64,000 nucleotides of DNA from Octopus sinensis (lineage: Eukaryota). Below are positions 39,713 to 52,663 of this stretch, piece after piece (the stretch's first letter is position 1; every line of letters begins with the position of its first letter). The notes under the pieces are model-generated. The model did no database searches. It was not told the DNA's origin and worked only from the letters and a program-made list of their open reading frames with translations. The stretch covers positions 87,172,001-87,236,000 of the forward strand of contig NC_043001.1 of NCBI RefSeq assembly GCF_006345805.1, in the 5' to 3' direction. Both the position numbers and the translations under genes were made by a program.

Positions 39713-40995
39713 CAAGATTAAGAATCCTCATCTAGAGAGGGACACAGGAGACATGCTTGTATGCAAGGACAACCATACTTTTACTTAGCTTAACATGTCT
39801 TTTCAAGCACAGCAAACCACCAGAAGTCTCGGTCCCTTGTCATCCTCTCTTGAGTCCCAACATCTATAGATCTTTTATCACCTCTTTGACTCATGTCTTA
39901 GAAAATTGATACCATAATATAGCGATAATCTAGCAAGAGTTTTTCTACTATTAGAGATATCAAAATTAAAATATAGTTAGTTAAATAAACATAACTTCAG
40001 CATCATCTCTACTTCAACATCCATTTCACCATGCTGCTGTTTGTTAAATGTATCTGCATTATGGTAATTAGACTTCTTGATCAGTATCATTCTCAGACCA
40101 AGCAACTACTTCTATTCATACGCTCAACAACTGTTATAAAAATGTAAAAGCAAAACAAAGGCAAAAAAAAAAAGATAGTAGCATCAGACTAATTAAAATT
40201 TTTTACTAATTAAGAATGTTAATTACATTCACATCACTGATAAGTGACTTGCATAAAGTACATTCTGTTCTAAAAATAATTCCTTTAATCATAAGCATTG
40301 TGCCAGCATGGCCACAGTCCTTGGGCTGATCTAGATGAAGAGTAATGTAAATGTAGAAAAATTCTCTCTGTATAGTCTATGAATATTTGTACTCTTTTAT
40401 TATGGTCGTTCTAATTTTTCAAATAGACGCAGAATTGGTAGGACACTGAATAAGATACACTATAGTATTTAGTTATACCCCCTTATATTCTGCATTCAAA
40501 TCCTGAGCAATCTAACTTGACTTTTCGTTACTCCAGTATTTATAAAATAGGTATTTGGGTCTTTATAATCAACTATGCCCAGCAGGAACACAGTAAAATT
40601 ATTGAAACTTCTAAAAACAATACAATTCCATATTACTGAGTTGAGGAATTACGTAAAACTGTTTATACTAGTCAAACTGGTGTCCTCATTTTGATTGTTA
40701 CTTTCATTACATTTCAGTTGTTCTATCAGAATTTCAAACCTAATCCATTATTTGATCTACCGGGGTGCACTGTTCTCATTGTGTTCTCTGCAGTTCGTGA
40801 CATTTTTTTTTCTTGGTGCTTCAGTTGCATTATGTGAATTGCCTTTGTGCTTTGCCTAGGATCAAATTCAGAACCTCTTGGTGCAAAAAAATAAAAAATT
40901 CACAAAATGCAGACAACAGAATGAGAACTATGTACTCCTGTAAATCAAATAAGCAGTTAGGTTTGAAATTCTGATACAACAACTGAGTTCAACAC

Positions 40996-41085
40996 AAGAC
41001 TCTTGAAGAAGGCTGGAGCATACAACAGCCAAAACATAGTGAAAGTAACAATCAAAATGAGGTCACCAGTTCAACTAATACTAAA
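40996..41085 (+). mobile_element. Decayed hammerhead-bearing Penelope-like fragment
   Basis: TTGAAGA AGGCTG GAGCATACAA CAGCC AAAAC ATAGTG parallels the 44085-44128 motif, with C3 and G12 changed. Confidence 0.45.
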
Positions 41086-42329
41086 AGGAAACGAATACAT
41101 TTAAATTAGCAAGCTAGATTTTTCTCTAAAGGGATTTGTCTGGATACATATGAGTATTTGAAATTGATAGAAACTACCCCATAGAACAGTTCAGTTAGCT
41201 TATTTAGATGTACCTGTTTAACTTTCCAGGATTTTTCTAGACAATTACAGTGGCATTTCACTACCTCTAATTTTAGTTGTACAGGAGGTTATATAATCAT
41301 TATACTGCAATTTGATAGTTATTGTACCATAAAAACACTGAAATTGTCAGTGGCTAAATATAGGGGTAAATATATATTCATATGAAGAGAAAGAGAGAAA
41401 TGAATACAATTCTATACATATTTATATGTGATTAAGCAAGCCATAGGATCTTTTCAAAAATGTTTCTTTTCTCTTCATAAAAAATTCTTTTTATCTCTAT
41501 ATATTTTGTGTATTTAGATTGTTAGCAATAGTCATCCATTTTTATCTGCTCTATGACTTGGTTAGTATATATTATACATTATTTATACTTACAAGTTTGT
41601 TTTGTTTTTCTAAACCTTTCAACACGATCCTCTGATTCACCTTTTACACACTATCCATAGATTTAGAAAATAGTTTCTGCCCTCTGATTAAATATATGCT
41701 TTATTAAATATTAGCATTTTGAGAGGTTTTGCAGGTATGTTATTTCTATGTATGTCTTAGGTCATGAACATTTTAATATAATCTTTTCAAATATCTTGTG
41801 CTGAAGTTTAATTTACTATTGAAAAAAATAGAAAAAGTGTGATCTAACAAGAATGATTCATGGTTTCTCACTGATCTTAGTTTTGGAAAGTTGACTAAAA
41901 TTAACGTTTAGTGGTATGGATGTTTTGGTGTATGAAATTTTGCATTAATCTCTCACTCTTTCATGCTTGATAAACACTCCATTTCTGTATACAGCTGATT
42001 AATTTAATATGGAAATCAATAAGGAAATCAGTTGTGAAGAAATCAATATTCTGGTATTTTAAACATCACCTTAAATAATATCGCATTCCTGTCTATTTTA
42101 AATTTTATACCATTACTATAAATAACAACTTATTTCTTTCTGCTTAAAAAAAGGGAAGCTGACTGACATGAACTTTCCCCATCCTTTTCCATTTTTCTTG
42201 AGTCCTAGTCGCATAAGGCTGCTTTCCCAGTTTCCATGGCATATAAGTGACCAAGTTCACAACAATCCCCCTGAATAGAATGCTGGTCTGTTGCAGGATT
42301 CAAAGCCAGTAATTTTGAGGATAGTAGAC

Positions 42330-42622
42330 ATCATCATCATTGTTTAACGTCCGCTTTCCATGCTAGCATGGGTTGGACGGTTCGACCAGGGTCTGGGAAG
42401 CCAGGAGGCTGCACCAGGCGCAGTCTGATCTGGCAGTGTTTCTACAGTTGGATGTCCTTCCTAACGCCAACCACTCCGTGAGTGTAGTGGGTGCTTTTTA
42501 TGTGCCACCAGCACAGATGCCAGGCGAGGCTGGCAACGGCCACGATCAGTTGGTGCTTTTTACATGCCACCGGCACAGAGGCCAGTCAAGGCGGCGCTGG
42601 CAACGGCCACGTTCGGATGGTA
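42330..42622 (-). mobile_element. Retroposon family C
   Basis: (CAT)n TGTTTAACGTCCGCTTTCCATGCTAGCATGGG..GGTGCTTTTTATGTGCCACC subunits. Confidence 0.85.
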
Positions 42623-42659
42623 CAAGTCATTAGTAGACAAGTCATTTATATTGCCCCCA

Positions 42660-42822
42660 CCCCTTCCACTGTACTTGACTGGTATTTAATTATATTGACT
42701 CTTGAAGCAATGAAAGGCAAAATCAACCTCAGCAGGATTTGAACTCAGGGCATAAAGAGCTTGAAGAAATGCCACTAAGCATTTTCTCTGATGTGTTAAC
42801 GATTTTGCCAGCTCATTGCCTT
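42660..42822 (-). mobile_element. SINE family A variant
   Basis: GAAAGGCAAAATCAACCTC..GATTTGAACTCAG..CTAAGCATTT..TGCCAGCTCA. Confidence 0.7.
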
Positions 42823-43793
42823 TACGAAACCCCTAGAGGTAGTAAAATAACTGGGTAAAATGATGAATTTTAAAAAAATTAAAATTTTTCCTGAAATACA
42901 CTGCCTTTGTTTCAGTGGTTAAGAAGTTTGCTTTGCAACTGCATGTTTATGTTTGCCACCCACTCTGCTTGACAACCAGTGTTGGTTTGTCTACATCACC
43001 TATGACATAGCATTTCATTGAGTGACTGATAGAATAAGTACTAGACTTGAAAATAAATACTGAATTCAACTTGTTCAAATAAAACCTTCCAAGTAGTACC
43101 TCAACATGGTGGCAGGTTCTGTAGGTTGTAAGATAAAGGTAATTGAACTGGCTAAAATTAATTTTAGTGTGGGATTTTTATGTGTGTATGTGGTAAGATC
43201 ATTAAACTGACTGGCTTGATTTACAGTTTGAGCTCAGTTTCCTAATGAACAGTGAGTAGTTTGATGAGAATTTATGTTTTACTCCATAGTAAGGAGTAAA
43301 ACATTGAGAATTTCATAAGTAGAACAGATCTCTTGTAAATATTGATAAAGAGTTTATAAAACTAAAATCTTTGATTTGTTATTAGTAGCTCCTAGCAAAT
43401 TGTTGATAGACATTGGTAATGGAAAATCAAAACGATTTGCTGGTTAAGTCTTGAATCCAAAGGTATTAAAGTTTTACTTAATCACAGCTCTTTAAATGAT
43501 ATCACACGGATAGATTGATTTTTGAGCTCTGTTACTATACTTTTCAGTATGTTTAGAACCATTTAAATGGTGGAAAAAGACAAAAATGTTTTTCATTGCT
43601 GCAGAGAGAATATTAACCTTTTTGTTACCATTATTTCTGTTGAAATGATCTGCCTTTGTTCCACCAAATTCTGCAAATAATGAAGAATTAAGTATAATTT
43701 TGTGGTTATTAACCTGGTGTTTAGGCTGTAAATTACCATGAAATTTTAATGAAAGTGTTAATTTAGACCACCTTAAAACAATTCTATATTTAA

Positions 43794-44173
43794 GAGATGA
43801 GGAATTATGTACATTATTTACATTTGACGGATATTTGTCCTCATCTTGCTTTTTGTTAACACAATGTTTTGGCTGATATACCCTCTAGCCTTCATCAGGT
43901 GTCTTGGGGAAATTTCGAACTTGGGTTCTCATTCCTAAGGTGTTTTTTTTTTTAATGTTATTATTATTCAGGTCACTGCCTGGAATCGAACTCGGAATCT
44001 TGGGGTTGGTAGCTCATGCTCTTAATAATAATAACATCAAAAAAATACCTTAGGAATGAGAACCCAAGTTTGAAATTTCCTCAAGATACCTGATGAAGGC
44101 TGGAGGGTATCAGCCGAAACGTTGTGTTAACAAAAAGCAAGATGAGGACAAATATCGCCAAATGTAAATAATG
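43794..44173. mobile_element. Non-autonomous Penelope-like element: inverted repeat with a tRNA-like spacer
   Basis: Arms 43812-43968 and ~44024-44173 are reverse complements; the spacer on the minus strand reads TTAAGAGCATGAGCTACCAACCCCAAGATTCCGAGTTCGATTCCAGGC (B box GTTCGATTC); each arm carries a hammerhead motif. Confidence 0.7.
44085..44128 (+). ncRNA. Minimal type I hammerhead ribozyme (core intact)
   Basis: Stem I GATAC/GTGTT, CTGATGA (44090-44096), stem II GGCTG/CAGCC, GAAAC (44116-44120), palindromic ACGT in place of helix III, GUU triplet. Confidence 0.68.
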
Positions 44174-44329
44174 CTCCTTAAAACAAGTTTGTATCATAGA
44201 ATCAGGGACGATCTCAGGTATTTTGGTATTAAAAGGCTTAGATTTTATAACCCCCACTCCCAATCATCATCATTATTTTTAGTGTCCACAAACCATGCTC
44301 ACGTGGGTCAGACAGAATTTATTGAGACA

Positions 44330-44680
44330 GATATTCTATGGCTGGATGATTATCCTGTTATCACCCCCTCACCTATTTCCTAGTTGAAAAATATTTCCCC
44401 ATGGACTGATATCTTTTCACACAAGATTGGAAATGAACACTGATTGTATGACAGTGAACTTGTCTACATCTATCATGATGCAAAGTCAAGAAGACACTAG
44501 CACGTGCGCATGTACACACATATGCATGCATGATGAGCTTCTTCCAGTTTCTGGCTACCAAATCCACTCACAAAGCCTTGGTCTGTCCAGGGCTATAGTA
44601 GAAAACACTTGTTTGAGGTGCCATGCAGTGGAATTGAACCCAGCATTGTGATTGGGAAACAAGCTTCTCAACTATGCAAT
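44330..44680 (-). mobile_element. SINE family D (B head + GAT-type tail)
   Basis: CAAATCCACTCACAAAGCCTTGG..GGTGCCATGCAGTGG head region; tail includes CATGCTCACGTGGGTCAGACAGAATTT. Confidence 0.65.
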
Positions 44681-45801
44681 CAAGCTTGCATCTATTATGT
44701 ATATCATATTTATTTATAATGATGTATTGACTTATGTGTGCTTCTTTATTATAACAAGCAAATAGATAGCAATATAGTTCTGAGATATTATTAAAGTATC
44801 TTCTGTTGACATAATTAAAATCAGAAAAAAACTGTCTAAATACGCCAAAAAAAACTAAACACAACTAAAGAAAAAAGCCAACAATTTGATATAGTATGAA
44901 TGATTTTATAAAATTTCTTAAAAAATTAATTTGTTATATTATTGGGCAAAGGTATGTCCACTCATCTGTTCTACTCCTCACTTGACTATCAGATATCGAA
45001 GTTCAGTTTAAGTATAGCTTGTAATTAATGCTAAAATATCATTTGCAGGCCTTTTTTCTCTTATATCATTTCTTGAAATGATTTGACAGTATCATGTACT
45101 CAAAATCTTCAGTTTATAATTTTTATTTTATTTCATTATAATAGAAGAATAAAGAAATTATTTTGTGTCTTAATTTGATGGCAAAATGCTATAAAAACAG
45201 TGAACATTTAATGTCTCCCATCTTAGATAACATTCAGTGTAAAATAGCAAGTCTGCTTTTGTCACTACTTAAAGCTTCCTCACTATATGTGCCATCCTGC
45301 TGTGTAATAACAGCTGTATTCATACATTTATTTGTTTATTGATGGGAGAAGAAAAACAGTTAATCTTGTTAATCTGACACTTGTAATATACATCTGTGTA
45401 TATTTATTGTTGTAATTTTTTTACATGTTATCTCAGTTACATATTGCTTTGATCTTTCTTATTCATAACAGAAGTGTGGTCTTTAATTTGTTTCACTTTT
45501 GTTTGCTATACACCCCAACATAGGTTTCATTTTCTTTGTGGTAGAGTAGGAACATTATCATAACAATCTCTTGTTCAATTTGAGACAACTGTACAACTTA
45601 CTGGTGTCCAGTTTGAAGTGACAATGACATAAATTATACTTCCTAGATAGCTATTGTAACATGACAGGAGAGATTAATCTTTCTTATGTGTCAAAGATTG
45701 AAGTTGTCTTTTTAGTAAAGTTGTAAAAGTTTTACATTTAATTATTTTAGCTAGAATAATGTAAAAATTAAACAGTAAAAACTAGATGTTTTGAACTTTA
45801 A

Positions 45802-46007
45802 CCTCTTTTGTTACCAGTCTTTCTCTTAAAATACTCTGGCTTTATTTTAACGCATTTTAAAAATGATGAAATAACTTTACAATTATTAAAATAGTGTTTG
45901 AAACATAAATGAACATGAAATTTTAGTGGAAATTATAATTTAGATCACTTTTAACAGAAAGTTTGTATCATAGAAACAAGAGTGGTCTCAGCTTGATACC
46001 AAAAGAG
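45802..46007. mobile_element. TTAA-type MITE, family 1
   Basis: TTAA|CCTCTTTTGTTACC .. GATACCAAAAGAG|TTAA; TTAA intact on both sides. Confidence 0.72.
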
Positions 46008-46130
46008 TTAAAACATTGTATGTGTGAAAGATTGTCTCAAAATTGTGTACTTTCCTATTAGAACTGATTTTGGTTTCTCAAGAACAGAACCCGTTAAGTG
46101 GTTTGCATTTTAGATGTGGAATTTCAGAAA

Positions 46131-48032
46131 TCTATATATAAATATATATAAAACAAAGGATTGTGTGTGTAGTATGTATGCATTTCTACAGTTTTCAACC
46201 AATTTTTACCAAACTTTACACATACATTACTTATGTGCCAAGGATGGTCATAGACCATAACATTTTGCCCAGAGTTCCCATGTAATGCAAAAAACCAACT
46301 GGGTTTTACGCATGGGTTTTTCTGTGAAAAATGCAGTTTTCAACTGATACTCTCCCTCCAACTCCTGCAGTTTTCAAGCAATTCCCTCCTTCTTCTCTCT
46401 CTTTATTTATCTCTTCTCTTTCTCACTTCTGCAGTACTTCTCTTTAAAGCCTATGTTTGTTTTCATTCACTCACTCTCTCTTTCTCTCTCTCTCATGCAT
46501 AAATATCTTTGCCTTCACACTATTTGTACATTTTCCCTACAACATCACTTATTTAAAATTTTTTGCCCTCTATTTAAATATACTATTTACATTTCTCCCT
46601 TTATCGAAAACCGTTGTGATACAACCAATAAACCTTCATTACTAACCAATGAGAATTCAACCACACCACTTCATGTGTTAAAGATAAAGATATCCTAAAG
46701 TGGCTCAAGTTTTTTCACTCCACCTATTTTTCTACAGCTTTATATGCTGAAATGGGGTTTGTAATTTTGTCTACAATTGATTTCCTTGTGCGTTATAATA
46801 TTGTTTCACTTTTAATTCTAATGTGATAAGACTATAATATTGTTTCACTTTATGTGTGTATTTGCATGTTCAATACATACATGATAGTAAAGGACATTTT
46901 ATACTACGACGACATAACATATATGAGTGTGTATGTGTCTCTGAGTGTATGAGTGTGTATGTCTCTCTGACTGGGTGTGTTTCTGCATTAGGTACGTTAT
47001 TAAACGCACACACATCTACACATACATATACACATGATGACTGACGTATGAATGTATGTATGTGTCTCTCTTACTACATGTGTATTACTGTATGTGAGAG
47101 TATATGCGTGCGTATCATCGCATATATGTGTTTGTGTGTGTATTTGCACACCCATTATGTACATTATTAAACACACGCATACATCCACACATACATATAC
47201 ATTTCTGACGAGAATGGCTGGAGGTGAAACTCTTGACAAAAAACAATTACATGGAAGGTCCAAGTTATATAAAAATACACATCTACCATTCAATTAACAA
47301 TTAATAATTATCACAGCAGTTGCAAGGTGTTTACAATTTGCTTATATTTGGTTAATTTACACTGCATACAAAAATATAAACATGCTACATACAACTGCTT
47401 ACAAAAATAGAGATTAATGTATATTTTTTTTTATCCTCAATGTTTTCTTTAAAATATTGAAAAAATAGGCCACCAAAGAAAAAACATAATATCTCCAGAA
47501 ACACCTATAAAGCAATGAGGAATGCAGAAAACTGAAGGTGATAGTCTTAAGACATAAGGGACATGAGACTTTCTCAACATCAGCGATGGCATGTTGCAGC
47601 ATGTCAGATGGAGTCTCAATGCAGAATGGACATGACACTTTCCAAAGATCAAAGATTTTCTCAACATCAGCAAAAGCTTGCTGCAGCACATCTAATGGAG
47701 TCTCAAGACAGAAGGGAGACGAGACTTGCTCAAGATCAGTAAAGGCATCTGCAGCACTTAATGCTGAACCATTAAAATGTTTATTCAGCACACTAGATTA
47801 CACAGAGGTCCAATAGAATAGCTCTCAGAAACAGACCGCGTAAAAATTCATTCTTCACAGCACCTGGAGGTGCTTTCAGATGTGATTCATTCCATTCTTA
47901 TAAAAATTATAATTCTATCCAAATTGGTGTGCTAATTTCAAATTGTCATTTATGCAAAGCTTTAAAACTTACTCCACAAATGTTTTGTCATCAATGCTAC
48001 ACTTTCCTGTATCACCTGTTTCAACATAACTG

Positions 48033-48089
<57 letters not shown>

Positions 48090-48144
48090 TACACACACAA
48101 ACTATACAATTTTTATCCCAAGCAACGTCAGGTATCTCTGCTGG
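46131..48144 (+). mobile_element. Non-autonomous Helitron, ~2.0 kb
   Basis: A|TCTATATATAAA 5' end; 3' end with decayed hairpin CCCAAGCAACGTCAGG, 8-nt spacer and CTGG|T (CTRR, A-T insertion site, no TSD); internal RepHel-like remnant. Confidence 0.7.
47470..47760 (+). pseudogene. Decayed Helitron Rep/Hel N-terminal fragment
   Basis: One frame reads PPKKKHNISRNTYKAMRNAEN*..RDMRLSQHQR..MESQDRRETRLAQDQ*; three ESQ..R..RL.Q-type repeats with in-frame stops, resembling the basic repetitive N-terminus of Helitron proteins. Confidence 0.5.
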
Positions 48145-48717
48145 TAAATAAATAAAAACTGTAAGTACATTAACATTGTTAGTGAATCAACTAAATTACT
48201 GCTATTAAAGGCTGCAGCATTGGTCAGTAATAACAGAGACACCAAAATAGATTTGAATAGCTATAATTTTATAAATTAAACCCTCTAACAAAATATACCA
48301 GCAGCTATTCTCTTACACAATAGTTACTGTGGGCTGGAGGAATGGTTGATATTTCCCTCATCACAATTCTAAACCATTAATTCTTACAGATTGTTTTAGA
48401 TATTTATGATTCTGCCTGTCTATCTATCTCTTCTTTGTTTAGTTAGTGACACACACATCACAGAGATGTTTATATCCACTTAGTATTACCAAAGTAACTG
48501 ACTCAGTGTTATTTTACTGTTTAACATTGTTTCCAAACTTATTTGCAATTGTCTGAAACCTACATTTAGCATTGACCAAATTACTTTCTGTTATTTTGTT
48601 TTCCTTTTTTTTTAATGTTAATTATTTATAAACTGTGTTAATTTATCTGTATGTTTAGAATTTTTTTACAATTGTTTCAAGTCTTAATTTAAGGAAAAAT
48701 ATTTCTTTTATTTGCAG

Positions 48718-48756
48718 CTAGAAAACACATTAAGGAACATAAATTCTGATGAATCG
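48718..48756 (+). other. Candidate 39-nt exon (LENTLRNINSDES, phase 0-0)
   Basis: TTTCTTTTATTTGCAG| acceptor, TCG|GTAAGC donor; only frame 0 is open; best splice-site pair seen in unique sequence. Confidence 0.38.
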
Positions 48757-50941
48757 GTAAGCTCTTTTTGAAAATATCTTTGTCTATATAATCATTATTT
48801 TTTTTGCATGCTTCCATATGTCATGCTTAACATAATTCATTAAGGCAAATTTTATACAGCCAGATGCCCATCTGCTTGCCAAAATTCACCATTTGCAAGC
48901 AATAACATCTTCCTGTGGCCAGACATATTTTCACAGACAAAAGGACACCACTTGTATGATAACGACACTAGTTTACAACTATCAAGCAATATCAAGACAA
49001 GAACAAACACATACTCACATGCACACACAAATATGATGGGCTTCTTTCAGTTTCTATCTACCAGATCTCAACAGGCTTTGGTCAGCTTGTGGCTGTTGTA
49101 GAAAACACTTCCTCAAAGGACCATACACTGTCCCTTGGTGATTATGAGTAGCATCAAAACAGACTGCAGAATTACTATTACTTTATGACCTATTTAGGAA
49201 ATGTTGTTTAGTCCTAAGTGAACCCTAATTCCCCCAGGTACACTTATGATAGGTGTTCCAGCACCATTCACTCTGAGCTGTGCACTTGTGTTTACAGATA
49301 CATTTTTCTACAAGGGGAGCCGGACTGAAAATTTGAAATGCATGGTTTACAAGATGAAATCAGATTTGTTTAATTGAAGAAATTTAAACAATAATTACTT
49401 GCATAGATGCTACAAAGAAAGAAAATGTGTACACAGTGCAAATTTCATTTCTGTGCACACCTATGGCTAAAAGTTACAGGGAACATCAGTTCCAGCCATG
49501 ATTAGCTTGTCATTTATTTAATTATATTTATTTATTTTTTTGGATTTTGTTTCTTGGAATACATTTTCAGCTAGTGATCTTTTTTTCCTCTTGACACTAC
49601 AGTGTGATTTGAGGAATATTTGGTTATTGTTTTGGGGATTATTGTTTACATGTATGAATGTCTATACATGTGTTAATACACACACATGCACATGACTAAG
49701 TTATACATGTTTTCTATCAACCATGTGACATTTAAGCACTTAAAATTTTCAACAAAATACTCTAAGGTGTTTAGTAAAAAAAAAAAAATAGTCATTTGTT
49801 GCTGTTGTTGAATCCCATTTAGCCCTGACTGAGCAGACTTATGATCAAAGGCATTCTAGCCTTGACCATCCCTTAGGATTACATTACCTGTTGTCTTCCA
49901 ATCAGTTTTTAGAAAGGTGCAAGTTGAGGGTGATTTGACTGCTATTCCTAGCAAGTCAAATCACTACTTAAATGCTCTCTTGCTAGCTCTTGTTTAATAT
50001 CGGATGAAATGCTCAACGGTATTTGTTCCAGCTCTTTATGTTTTAGGTTCAAATACCATCGAGTTCAACTTTACCTTTCATCCTTCATTAGTCAGTGGAG
50101 TATCGGTCAAATGCTAGGTAAATATAATCAACTTTGTTTCCCCAACCCACACCCCCACCAAATTTCAGGGCTTACTGCCTATGAAAGAAATCATTAGAGT
50201 GATGGAATGGCAGAAACTAACGTATATTGGACAAAATGCCTTGTATTTGATTCTGAATTCAAATTTTAGCAAGGTCAAATTTACTTTCCATTACTCTGGA
50301 ATTCAGAAATATCAATTATGTAGGGGTATTTTGACCTAACCATACACTCCCCACATACACGCACATACTTTTTTACAATGAATGGTTGTGTCACATGAGA
50401 AATCATCACTATTATTTTTGTAATTGTGTGGTGTTGAAAGGAGGTACATACACACATTATCATCATTTAATATTTACTTTTTCATTCTTGCATGAGTCAG
50501 GTAGAATTTGTTGAGGCAGATTTTCTGCAGCTGGGTGCCTTTCCCAATACCAACTCTCACCTGTTTCTAAGTGGGGTAATATTTCCCTGTATCTATGTTT
50601 TTCACAAAAGATGAAATGATCAGCATCATTTGTATGATGATGATGATGCTTATTTACAACAATCACATGATGTCAATTCATAGATACACATACACACACA
50701 TATATGACAGGCTTCTTTCAGTTTGTGTTTACTAAAGATACTTGCTCAAGGTGCTGTGCAGTAGGACTGAACCCAGAACAAAGTTGAGAAATGAACTTCA
50801 TAACCATGCAGCCATGCTTAATGATTGGTGGAGATGGTGAAGCCCTGCTTTACATTATTTAATTTTTTTTTAAGTGCCAAATTTAAAATTCTTGATTTTA
50901 ATTTGGTTTAAAACTCTTGATTTTAATTTATATTTTTCTAG

Positions 50942-51067
50942 ATGCAATATAGTGGGATTCACTTCAGTTGTCTTTCCAGCTAAATTTCGCATGTCAGGAG
51001 TAATCCTTTTGAATGGACATAAATTTTGTGTGGGAAAAGTTCATTTGCTTATGTTAAAAAGAAGTTG
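50942..51067 (+). other. Candidate 126-nt exon (phase 2-2, open frame)
   Basis: TATTTTTCTAG| acceptor, TTG|GTAAAT donor; CNIVGFTSVVFPAKFRMSGVILLNGHKFCVGKVHLLMLKRS; no homology recognised. Confidence 0.2.
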
Positions 51068-51479
51068 GTAAATATACCCATACCATACTGAAGGAGGCTA
51101 CTTATTAATTAGTTGAGCATGCATAACTTAAACTAAAAGAAAGTAATTATTAAATCTACACTGTCTAGAAAATTCATAAAACTTGTACTTTTATTATATT
51201 TTTATCAAAATGTGCAAGTTTCTTGTAGTATTCAAGATTTCAACTACAGAAATTAATTTTAATAGTTGGTGCTCCCTGTTTGTCTCTTCTCTCCTCACAC
51301 ATTTCATGATGGTACTTTCTACAGATACATCAGTAAAAATCATTTCTCCATATTATAAGTTTATTCAGCTTCAACCAAATTATGTTATTCCAGTAACCTT
51401 CCACATTTGTTGGGTGTTTTTGAAGAAATGGAGAACTGAAGAAGAAAAGTAGTTTTAATTTACTAATATCAATAAGGCA

Positions 51480-51675
51480 ATGAGCTGGCAGAATCATTGG
51501 CATGCCAGGCAAAATGCTTTGTGGCATTTTGTCTAGCCTTGTGCTTTGAGTTCAAATTCTACTAAAGGCAACTTTGCCTTTCATTCTTTTGGGGTTGATA
51601 AAATAAGTACCAGTTGAACCCTGGCATCGATGTAATTGACTTACCCCAAATTGTTGGCCTTGTACCAAAATTTTA
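51480..51675 (+). mobile_element. SINE family A variant
   Basis: GAGCTGGCAGAATCATTGGCATGCCAGG..GTTCAAATTC..CCTTGTACCAAAA. Confidence 0.72.
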
Positions 51676-52663
51676 AATCACTTTACTTACGCCAATTGTA
51701 CCACATATAAACTTGTAAATATAATACATAGAAAAGGTATGGAATGTTAAATTTAACTTTATATTTAACAATCCACACCTGCTTTTATGCGGCAGTTCCC
51801 CACTGATATTAGAGGTGAGGTTATCTCTTTGTAACTGTAAAGTATTAATGTAGTTATATATGCTACACATATGGGCTTGGATTGGACTTTGTTTGTATAA
51901 ATGTTTATTTTTCTTTGTTAGTCAAACTTGAATATTTGCATTTTGTTGAACAAAGAAGTGGCACCTATTTATTCTTGGGTATAAAAGAATGTACTTTATG
52001 TAGCAAGTATCAGATTGTGATAGTAAGGTTTGAAGTTGGCTGCTTGGTTTTGTATTCAGACAGCTGCAAAGTCGTGAGGGTAGAATATGTAGATAGAAAC
52101 TGAAAATGTCTGTCATACGCATATCTTTCCTCATCTTGCCATTGTCTGATAGTCGTTAATGACTGTCACCTTCATACAAGTAGTGTCACTCATTTCTATG
52201 AAAGCATGTTCCATCACGGGGAAGTATTACCACACTTAGAAATAAGTAAGGGTTGATAAGAAAGGCATAGAAAATATGCTTCGATGAACTACAACTGATC
52301 CAAGCAAACACGCAAAAATAGATTTTAAAACAATGATGAAACATGTGGAGAGGCTTTGTAACTTTTTAATTTATTTATTTGGAGGCATGTTATAAATAGT
52401 CATACACAGAAAGCTTTTTGCTCGTAGAAATCTAGAAATATTACTGTGAGATATTGCTCATGATTTTAATTCAAGCCAGTTACTTTCATAGGGTAATGAC
52501 ACCAACTTTTTATAGTCCTATATTGAAAATTGTTGTCAATCACTTTCTGAAAATGTATGTCATTCACTTGGCTGAGTTGGTATTGAAAGAAATAATATTA
52601 AAGATACAGAATATAATAACTCCTGAGAACAATTTGAGATTCTACCAATCAAAACAGCATTAA

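Noticed and set aside
43969-44025. tRNA gene
   Set aside because: Only a B box and partial arms; no A box or acceptor stem; part of the retroelement.
47414-47816. 125-aa (minus) and 92-aa (plus) repeat-containing ORFs as a novel gene
   Set aside because: Antisense and off-frame shadows of the decayed Helitron ORF.
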